From an uncultured Gammaproteobacteria bacterium (lineage in GTDB: Bacteria > Patescibacteriota > Microgenomatia > UBA10105): a stretch of DNA of 64,000 nt. The stretch covers positions 16,316-80,315 of the forward strand of contig CAYPMW010000001.1 in assembly GCA_964412165.1 (NCBI GenBank), written 5' to 3'. The translations under genes and the position numbers were made by a program. Every line of letters begins with the position of its first letter. Position 1 is the stretch's first letter. Under the pieces are notes generated by a model. It ran no database searches. It worked only from the letters and a program-made list of their open reading frames with translations, and was not told where the DNA came from. This document shows positions 57,421 to 64,000 of this stretch, piece by piece.

Positions 57421-58454
57421 TTTTTTTTCCGGTTGTACTTTTAAGTAGTATTAGTCTGGTTACTCTTCTATCAATAGGGCACAATTTTTTTTATTCTCAA
57501 TTATTATTTGTATTTTTAGGACTGGTATTATTTTATCTCCTGTCTCGGTTTGATTTCTCAATATTTCAATATTTGGTTTATTTCCTCTATATCGCCTGCA
57601 TTCTATTTCTCCTTTTATCATTTTTGGGGCCAAATGTCCGAGGATCATCTCGTTGGCTGGAAATTGGTGATTTTCGTTTGCAACCTTCTGAATTTATTAA
57701 GCCCTTTCTCTGTCTCAGTTTTGCCGGATTTATTATGCGTCATCCACCTCTTAAAATAAAAACAATTCTTATCCATACCATAATCATGCTGGTGCCGAGT
57801 TTACTTGTTTTTCTTCAGCCCGATTTAGGTAATTCACTCATTTTTGCCAGTATTTGGCTCTCTCTCATGATATTTGGAGGAATTTCACTTCGATATATCG
57901 CGGCCGTATTCCTAGGAGGGATAAGTATTATACCTCTCTCATTTTCGTTTCTTCGCGAGTATCAGCGTTTAAGAATACTAGCGTTTCTTAATCCTTGGTT
58001 TGATCCACAAGGTGCCGGATACAATGCGATACAATCGATGATTACAGTGGGTTCTGGGCAGCTTTTTGGCCGCGGATTTGGTAAAGGCACCCAATCTTTT
58101 TTGAAATTTTTACCTGAACACCACACCGATTTTATTTTTGCAGCCTTGACTGAATTATTTGGGTTTATGGGAAGCACGGTCGTATTAGTTTTGTATTTTG
58201 TATTTTTATGGAGGCTACTTAGTCATATCCGAAACCATGCGCATAATAAAATGGTTGTCTTATATATATCAGGTCTGTTTATACAGCTATTCGTCCAGAT
58301 TGTGATTAATATTGGTATGAACATGGGGATTGTACCGATCACGGGGATTACGCTACCGTTCCTTTCGTATGGCGGAAGTTCACTCCTCACTTCATGGATA
58401 AGTTTAGGAATTTTGATGTCTGCTATTCAAAAACCGCGCGTAGTGGAAAATTAG
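57387..58454 (+). CDS. rodA: SEDS protein RodA
   Basis: GSSRW, QPSEF.K, QPDLG, FLPEHHTDF, PITGITLPFLSYGGSS. Confidence 0.9.
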   Translation: MGRRSFYFDWIIFFPVVLLSSISLVTLLSIGHNFFYSQLLFVFLGLVLFYLLSRFDFSIFQYLVYFLYIACILFLLLSFLGPNVRGSSRWLEIGDFRLQPSEFIKPFLCLSFAGFIMRHPPLKIKTILIHTIIMLVPSLLVFLQPDLGNSLIFASIWLSLMIFGGISLRYIAAVFLGGISIIPLSFSFLREYQRLRILAFLNPWFDPQGAGYNAIQSMITVGSGQLFGRGFGKGTQSFLKFLPEHHTDFIFAALTELFGFMGSTVVLVLYFVFLWRLLSHIRNHAHNKMVVLYISGLFIQLFVQIVINIGMNMGIVPITGITLPFLSYGGSSLLTSWISLGILMSAIQKPRVVEN

Positions 58455-58467
58455 CTTTTCCATTCCA

Positions 58468-58496
58468 TTGCAAAAAAACAATAATTTTGTTAAGAT
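58468..58496 (+). promoter_or_regulatory. rplU operon promoter
   Basis: TTGCAA-17 nt-TAAGAT with TG extension. Confidence 0.6.
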
Positions 58497-58517
58497 ACGC
58501 TCAGTCAGCCGACATTT

Positions 58518-58545
58518 GACCTGGATACCGCCAGGTCTTTGTTTT
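58518..58545 (+). terminator. Terminator-like hairpin in the rplU leader
   Basis: GACCTGG-6 nt-CCAGGTC plus TTTGTTTT. Confidence 0.6.
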
Positions 58546-58550
58546 AAAGT

Positions 58551-58913
58551 ATGTTTGCTATTGTTAAAATCGGTGCTCACCAGTACCGAGTTTCACCAGG
58601 AGACTCGATCCGTGTCGACCATATCGAAGGCAAAGTTGGGGATATCACCTATCTTCCAGCTTTACTTGTGGTAGAAGGAGGTAATGTTCGTGTAGGAAAA
58701 GAGGTTAGAGCGGTGAAAATACCAGCAATCATCAAAAGTCATGGAAAAGGTGAAAAAATTGATACGTATCGGTTTAAAGCAAAATCAAGATACCGTAAGC
58801 ACCGCGGCTTTCGCACCTTTGCAACTACACTGGAAATTAAACAGTGGGAAGAGAGTGAATTACCCCAAAAACCCCTCGCAAAACGGAGAATCTCCGTAAA
58901 AAGAAAAAAATGA
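58551..58913 (+). CDS. rplU: 50S ribosomal protein L21
   Basis: MFAIVK.G..QY.V..GD, KGEKI...FK.K..YR..RG.R. Confidence 0.96.
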   Translation: MFAIVKIGAHQYRVSPGDSIRVDHIEGKVGDITYLPALLVVEGGNVRVGKEVRAVKIPAIIKSHGKGEKIDTYRFKAKSRYRKHRGFRTFATTLEIKQWEESELPQKPLAKRRISVKRKK

Positions 58914-60091
58914 CCGAGTACCTTTTTATTTTAGGGTACGCATATGAATTATGCGAAGCGGAGCTGCGTCATTTTTTAAATTTAAACTATCCCGGGTCGA
59001 TCATAACTCCACTTCATAAACCAGTGTGCATGATAAAAACTACCCAAACTATAGACCCCACGCAAGTGATCGGCATCCTTGGGGGAGTGGTTAAAATTGC
59101 CAAAGTTCGTGATGTCATACCAGCTCCAACGTCAAGTCACTTACGGCGTTTCTTTGATGACTATGATGCACGTACACTTATATTCGGAATTAGTTCTTAC
59201 GGAAGCCCAGAGAAAAACTCAAGGACAATCCTACCGGAATTGAAAGCCATTTTACAGAAAAAGATAACCCACGTGCGGTTTATCGAACCGAAGGTAGGGA
59301 GTAGTTTATCGAGTGTAGTAGTAAAAAAACAACACGTGAAGGAAATTATTTTGGTTGAAACCCATTTAGGTTGGTATGTAGGAGAAACCCTTACAGTACA
59401 GGATCCAGACGAGTGGAGTAGCCGCGATACCAAGCGTCCTCATATCTCTCCAAAATCAGGGATGTTGCCTCTTAAAGTTGCGCGGATGATGGTCAACTTA
59501 GCACTTTCTCAGGGGGATAAAACCGGTTGTTTACTTGATCCATTTTGTGGTATGGGGACTATCCTAGGAGAAGCATTAGTGTCAGGATGGAGTGTAGTTG
59601 GCAGTGACCTCTCCCGCGACGCAGTACAAAAAACCCGTGAAAATCTTCTTTGGCTATCCCAACGTAATCCGTCATTAAAAAGAAAGTTTCAGGTATTTGT
59701 ATCAGACGCCACCCACATTTCCAAAAGTATCATTAAACCTCAAATAGATGCTATTGTGTCCGAGCCATTTCTTGGAGCTTTATTTGAGAAAAAAGGTGAG
59801 CTACTTTACCAGAAAGGGCTAAAAGTCACAGAAACTAGTATTCGAGATATGTTTAAAGGGCTTGAGAAACTCTATCTTGGTGCATTCAAAGACTGGCGAA
59901 ATATTCTCAGACCGAATGCCAGGATCGTGATTGCATTGCCACAACTTTCCTATGATAACCAACTGTATATCGTGAAAAATCTCATTGACAAGTGTGAAAA
60001 AGTGGGATATACTTTCACACAAAATACTCTTAAATATTGCAGGCCCCACGCAATTGTAAAACGAAGTATTCATATATTTACTTTCAAATAA
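58910..60091 (+). CDS. Trm11/UPF0020-like SAM-dependent RNA methyltransferase
   Basis: GMLP.KVARMMVNL, LLDPFCG.GT, GSD, DA, SEPFLG. Confidence 0.8.
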   Translation: MTEYLFILGYAYELCEAELRHFLNLNYPGSIITPLHKPVCMIKTTQTIDPTQVIGILGGVVKIAKVRDVIPAPTSSHLRRFFDDYDARTLIFGISSYGSPEKNSRTILPELKAILQKKITHVRFIEPKVGSSLSSVVVKKQHVKEIILVETHLGWYVGETLTVQDPDEWSSRDTKRPHISPKSGMLPLKVARMMVNLALSQGDKTGCLLDPFCGMGTILGEALVSGWSVVGSDLSRDAVQKTRENLLWLSQRNPSLKRKFQVFVSDATHISKSIIKPQIDAIVSEPFLGALFEKKGELLYQKGLKVTETSIRDMFKGLEKLYLGAFKDWRNILRPNARIVIALPQLSYDNQLYIVKNLIDKCEKVGYTFTQNTLKYCRPHAIVKRSIHIFTFK

Positions 60092-60095
60092 CACT

Positions 60096-60344
60096 ATGGC
60101 ACATATAAAAACCGGTGGAACAACCAAAGGCAACAGAGATTCCCGGTCAAAACGGCTTGGGGTGAAAATTTATGGTGGTCAACGTGCCATAGTGGGGAGT
60201 ATCATAGTGAGACAAAAAGGTACCAAAGTTCACCCCGGTCAGGGGACATCCATGGGTAAAGATTTTTCGATATTTGCTAAAGTTGATGGACTGGTACGAT
60301 TTAAAACAAACGCAGGAAAAAAATACGTCTTAGTAAAGGTATAA
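60096..60344 (+). CDS. rpmA: 50S ribosomal protein L27
   Basis: MAH.K.GG...RDS.SKRLGVK, IIVRQ.GT. Confidence 0.97.
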   Translation: MAHIKTGGTTKGNRDSRSKRLGVKIYGGQRAIVGSIIVRQKGTKVHPGQGTSMGKDFSIFAKVDGLVRFKTNAGKKYVLVKV

Positions 60345-61178
60345 ATGGCTGATCCTAATCAAATCATTGAACTTGAGATAGATTTGTTACAACCAAATCC
60401 GTTGCAACCTCGCAGTATTATCACTGCAGAATCATTAAAAGATTTATCGAGTTCCATCAAAGAAAGCGGGATACTTGAACCATTAGTGGTAGCCAAAACT
60501 CCAGCTGGATATCAAATTATTGCCGGTGAGCGCAGATGGCGGGCGGCTAAACTAGCTGGGTTGGCCCACGTGCCGGTCCTCATCAAAGAAACGACTGCCA
60601 GGGAAATGCTGGAAATGGCGATTGTGGAAAATGTCCAGCGGGAGGATCTCAATCCGATTGAAAGAGCTCAAGCGTTTGAACGGTTGATTGAGGAATTTGG
60701 GTTACCTGTTTCAGAAATTGCCAAACGGATTGGTAAAAGCGATTCTTATGTTTCAAATACAATTCGACTTCTGACGCTTCCGGATGCCATCAAAGATGGT
60801 CTCATGTCTGGGTCAATCACAGAAGGTCATGCTCGGGCAATTGCCGGGTTAGGTGATGTCAAGCTGATGGTGGACGCATATAAAGCAATACTATCTGAAA
60901 GTGCCTCGGTGAGGAAAACCGAGGACCTCGTCAGACGCCTCAAATCCGAGACACAACAAAAACCACATTCACGAATTGAACGCATACATAATGAAGAGCT
61001 TGACCGTATAGCTCAAAACTTGGCGCAGGAAGTAGAGGGTTTAGTGAAAATCACTCAATCCAAAGTTGAAGCGCGGATTGTTTATGTGATCAGGGGAAAT
61101 TTAGAAAAAACCTCCCAAATTATTAAAGAAATCCACCGCCGGATGACTCAAAGGCCAATAATTCAAAACCCAGCGTAA
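60345..61178 (+). CDS. parB: ParB/Spo0J family protein
   Basis: PNP.QPR, AGERRWRAA, EN.QREDLNPIE.A, HTH, GHARA. Confidence 0.92.
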   Translation: MADPNQIIELEIDLLQPNPLQPRSIITAESLKDLSSSIKESGILEPLVVAKTPAGYQIIAGERRWRAAKLAGLAHVPVLIKETTAREMLEMAIVENVQREDLNPIERAQAFERLIEEFGLPVSEIAKRIGKSDSYVSNTIRLLTLPDAIKDGLMSGSITEGHARAIAGLGDVKLMVDAYKAILSESASVRKTEDLVRRLKSETQQKPHSRIERIHNEELDRIAQNLAQEVEGLVKITQSKVEARIVYVIRGNLEKTSQIIKEIHRRMTQRPIIQNPA

Positions 61179-61738
61179 GTGATTCTTGATACCGTCCCAA
61201 ATTTACTAAATGGCCAATAGACGAGTTGAGATCTACCAATAATTGCGTCTTTGTGAATGGTTCCCCATTCCCGAGAATCAGAACTGCGTGATCTGTTGTC
61301 GCCGACGACAAATATGTGGTCTTCAGGTACGACAATGTCTTTACCTTCTTTTAAGTAAGCTCCTTGGTGGGTAGTGACATTTATTCCGATATAAGGTTCT
61401 TCCAAGACTTTCCCATTGATATAAAAGTGGTTGTTCTCAAGTTTTATCTCATCCCCGGGAAGGCCGATGATCCGCTTAATAAAATCAATATCCGGGTTTT
61501 GAGGAGACTTAAAGACGACTACGTCTCCCCGTTTCGGATCGCTAAATTTATATTCGAACTTATTGGTGAGTATATATTCTCCGTCTGTAAAGTTTGGTTC
61601 CATTGAAGCGCCTTTCACTTGGTGTGGTTGGTAGAGGAATAAGTACACCACGACAAATATAGCCAGTGCCACGACGATTGACTCCATGATGTCAAATAAA
61701 AAGCCAAAAATATGCTTTATGATGACCAAAAAAAACAT
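61163..61738 (-). CDS. lepB: Signal peptidase I
   Basis: GASMEP, FIKRIIGLPGD, GDNR..SSDSR.WG. Confidence 0.96.
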   Translation of the reverse strand: MFFLVIIKHIFGFLFDIMESIVVALAIFVVVYLFLYQPHQVKGASMEPNFTDGEYILTNKFEYKFSDPKRGDVVVFKSPQNPDIDFIKRIIGLPGDEIKLENNHFYINGKVLEEPYIGINVTTHQGAYLKEGKDIVVPEDHIFVVGDNRSRSSDSREWGTIHKDAIIGRSQLVYWPFSKFGTVSRITYAGF

Positions 61739-61794
61739 ATAAAAAGGCCTTCCTGAAGTTGAAGGCTCCCATTACCCAAACCTGGGTTAGATAA

Positions 61795-61823
61795 AGTATA
61801 AACAAATGTTATAATACATGCAA
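61795..61823. promoter_or_regulatory. Overlapping divergent promoters for lepB (-) and the tRNA (+)
   Basis: Minus strand TTGCAT-17 nt-TATACT; plus strand TGTTATAAT at 61807-61815. Confidence 0.55.
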
Positions 61824-61852
61824 TACTTTTTCCAAGAACGAATAACACAGCA

Positions 61853-61925
61853 GGATCCGTAGCTCAGTTGGGAGAGCGTTCGGTTCACATCCGAAAGGTC
61901 GATGGTCCGAGTCCATCCGGATCCA
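61853..61925 (+). tRNA. tRNA-Val(CAC), CCA not encoded
   Basis: Cloverleaf: GGATCCG/CGGATCC acceptor, GCTC/GAGC D-arm, TTCGG-TTCACAT-CCGAA anticodon arm, GATGG-TCCGAGT-CCATC T-arm, discriminator A. Confidence 0.93.
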
Positions 61926-61942
61926 CAGTTTTGCATCACGGT

Positions 61943-64000
61943 TCACTGATTCTGCAAGGAGTTTATAAGCTGGTAAATTGTCCCCAAAAGAAGCGTTTTA
62001 CCATTGAGATTGATGAGTCTTGGATAAAATGAATTGATATCTCTCTCCATTCGTTTCAATTGATCTATTGCTCTACCTGTTTTTTCTTCTTTTGCGTATC
62101 TTTCAGTTACTTCAGTTTTAAGAAGTAGGCTTTTATACAGAGTTTTATTGGTGATCCATTTAAGATCGAATGCCGAATGCAAATCATTGCGCAAGGTTTT
62201 GAAATTCACCGCAGTGTCGATATTAGTACTTGATAAGTCAGTTGGATTATATATCAGACTATACGTATCTGTATCATTTTTTCCCGCTACCCCCGAAAAG
62301 TTTTTCATTTCGACATTTGCGTCCTGATCATAAAAATAGACATCTAACCTATATTCTTCTAAGGTGGGAGAGGTGATGAGTATTTGATAGGAATCTTTTT
62401 TAGGTTGTTTTAAATAAAGTACTTTTAGGGGTTTTGCGCCACTGGGCTTGCGGGATGATTCGTTAAACAGAGGATACTCAAGAAATTCACTTCCATGAAG
62501 ATTGCCACTACTATCACTAAGAGTTAGAGAAACTTTTGGATCAACTGCCATAGCGATATATGAAAAATCACTATTGGTGAGAGTATAATATCCAATCCGT
62601 CGTATCGTCTCATAATAGGGTGCCAAAGTCGTCCTGTCTGTATAAAACGGGTCCTTGATCGAATATGAATCTCCAGATTGTTCTGTTGCAACCACAAAAT
62701 GACTGTTACTCGGGCTTTGGGGATGATTCACATCGAGAATTACCGGACTGTTTGGACTTAGTGCATTTGACAAATCCGCGGTAGGTGAAGCATGATATTC
62801 AAGTTGTGGACTTGTGGGATCTAGTTCATGACTCAAACGCGTAAGCCGCGATACTAGTAGCCAATTAGTAGCTCCATTTCTAAACGATCCGTCGTTTTGC
62901 GACCGCATCCATTCATTGAGAGTTCCAGGAGTAAGATCCTTTGTCGGAAGAGGAGACGTGTTAGCGGAGAAGTCCCCGGGAGTCTTGGTGACGTTAAAGT
63001 ACTTCAGAATCATTGAAACAGAAGTGAGAGCGCAACCATATGCTGCTACGGTTTTTTGTCCGGTACCCGACCAATTATCAGCGTGATCATACGTATCGTC
63101 CCCCCACTCAGGATTGGCTTGGGAAAAATAGGGGAAAGGGACATAATCCTCTGCAAGCCCAATCCGCCAATTTGCTCCATCATGCCCGGCATAATACATT
63201 CGTAATTTGTGAGCATCGCGAATGACTCGCGGAGCAGCAATCATCGTATCATCAAAATCATTAGTTAATGTATTTCCAATAGTTAGAATGTGGTTCGTAT
63301 CTTTTGTCCAATAGATTCCATCAGTCGAAGTCGCATGGCTGATATACCTTGGGGGAACACCAGCGTGGTACCACATATGATACGAGTTATCGTCAATATA
63401 AACTGAAGGCGCTGCAACGGTATTAGCTTCCCAACTTAGTGTAGGTTCAAGAACGGGATTTGCATTTCTGGTCCATATAAATCCATCGGGAGATGTGGCA
63501 TATCCAATTCGCCAAGTTCCATTACTATCTCTCGCCCCGTACCATAATTTATACATATCTTCATGAAAGACCACTTCAGGCGTATTCACTCCTTCAGCTT
63601 CCCATGGTACCGAACTTTTAGTAAATATAAAATGATGTTCAGACCAATTAATACCGTCACTTGAACTAGAGCGACTTATTCTAAAAGATTCTTTTTGAGA
63701 AAAATTAAAAGATGAAAACCACATGGTATATGTATTACCACCAAATATTACTGAAGGTTCACCCAATTCTTGCTCCCAAGAATCATTTGGTTTAGGAGTT
63801 AAAACTGGATTATTATAAAATTTAATCCAATTAATACCTTCGTTTGAGGTCGCAAGTCCTATTTGTCCTACTTTTCCATTAAATCCTGTGTACCACATTT
63901 TATATCCTGTTTTATCAATTACAACTCTTGGGGCACTTACCAACTGATTATCCCACTGATTTATTTGTCCAATACCTAGTATAGGATTACTCCTTTTCAT
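61943..64000 (-). CDS. Multidomain protein: five-bladed beta-propeller (glycosidase-like) + C39-like cysteine peptidase + C-terminal beta and helical domains; probably 5'-truncated
   Basis: Five P.V....Y.MWY...IG.ATS.DG..W repeats; FSQ..W, YGCALTS, HFVV, IKDP; ORF reaches the window edge. Confidence 0.8.
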   Translation of the reverse strand: MKRSNPILGIGQINQWDNQLVSAPRVVIDKTGYKMWYTGFNGKVGQIGLATSNEGINWIKFYNNPVLTPKPNDSWEQELGEPSVIFGGNTYTMWFSSFNFSQKESFRISRSSSSDGINWSEHHFIFTKSSVPWEAEGVNTPEVVFHEDMYKLWYGARDSNGTWRIGYATSPDGFIWTRNANPVLEPTLSWEANTVAAPSVYIDDNSYHMWYHAGVPPRYISHATSTDGIYWTKDTNHILTIGNTLTNDFDDTMIAAPRVIRDAHKLRMYYAGHDGANWRIGLAEDYVPFPYFSQANPEWGDDTYDHADNWSGTGQKTVAAYGCALTSVSMILKYFNVTKTPGDFSANTSPLPTKDLTPGTLNEWMRSQNDGSFRNGATNWLLVSRLTRLSHELDPTSPQLEYHASPTADLSNALSPNSPVILDVNHPQSPSNSHFVVATEQSGDSYSIKDPFYTDRTTLAPYYETIRRIGYYTLTNSDFSYIAMAVDPKVSLTLSDSSGNLHGSEFLEYPLFNESSRKPSGAKPLKVLYLKQPKKDSYQILITSPTLEEYRLDVYFYDQDANVEMKNFSGVAGKNDTDTYSLIYNPTDLSSTNIDTAVNFKTLRNDLHSAFDLKWITNKTLYKSLLLKTEVTERYAKEEKTGRAIDQLKRMERDINSFYPRLINLNGKTLLLGTIYQLINSLQNQ

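Noticed and set aside
61745-61790. Fluoride or guanidine-II riboswitch in the lepB leader
   Set aside because: GGTAATGG lacks the crcB pairing partners, and the loops are not ACGR
1784-63240. Numerous short nested or antisense ORFs in the track (e.g. 51509-52081, 55396-55893, 48850-49299)
   Set aside because: They lie within or across well-supported genes and show no motifs; these are shadow ORFs
1-64000. Alternative genetic code (TGA=Gly), mobile elements, prophage or defence systems
   Set aside because: TGA ends many conserved genes at expected lengths; no transposase, integrase, phage or defence motifs recognised

Overview
Bacterial chromosome segment (genetic code 11, TGA used as stop, AT-rich, dense, nearly all genes on +). 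Gene content and order suggest a Patescibacteria/CPR genome, probably Microgenomates; this is inferred, not shown. (1) 1-28.6 kb: large cell-surface glycosylation locus with seven genes encoding GT-C-type membrane glycosyltransferases (one a 1048-aa O-antigen-ligase/PMT-like fusion), four GT2, six GT4, a Wzx flippase, methyl- and acetyltransferases, ManC, a priming phosphoglycosyltransferase and a DUF4012 protein. recO lies inside its right end, and glyQS follows behind an aberrant T-box-shaped leader. (2) 30.7-53.7 kb: dcw cluster (mraZ-rsmH-ftsL-ftsI-pgeF-murC-murB-murA-glmU-...-mraY-murD-ftsW-murG-ftsQ-ftsA-ftsZ) with no recognisable murE or ddl, carrying an embedded module of alpha/beta hydrolase, membrane-anchored MurF-like ligase, DegT aminotransferase, MBL hydrolase and FemABX. 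(3) 54-64 kb: T-box-ileS-rodA, rplU-RNA methyltransferase-rpmA-parB, lepB, tRNA-Val(CAC), and a beta-propeller/C39-peptidase multidomain protein at the right edge. No CRISPR array, transposase or prophage seen. All protein calls come from motif recognition by eye; no searches were run.
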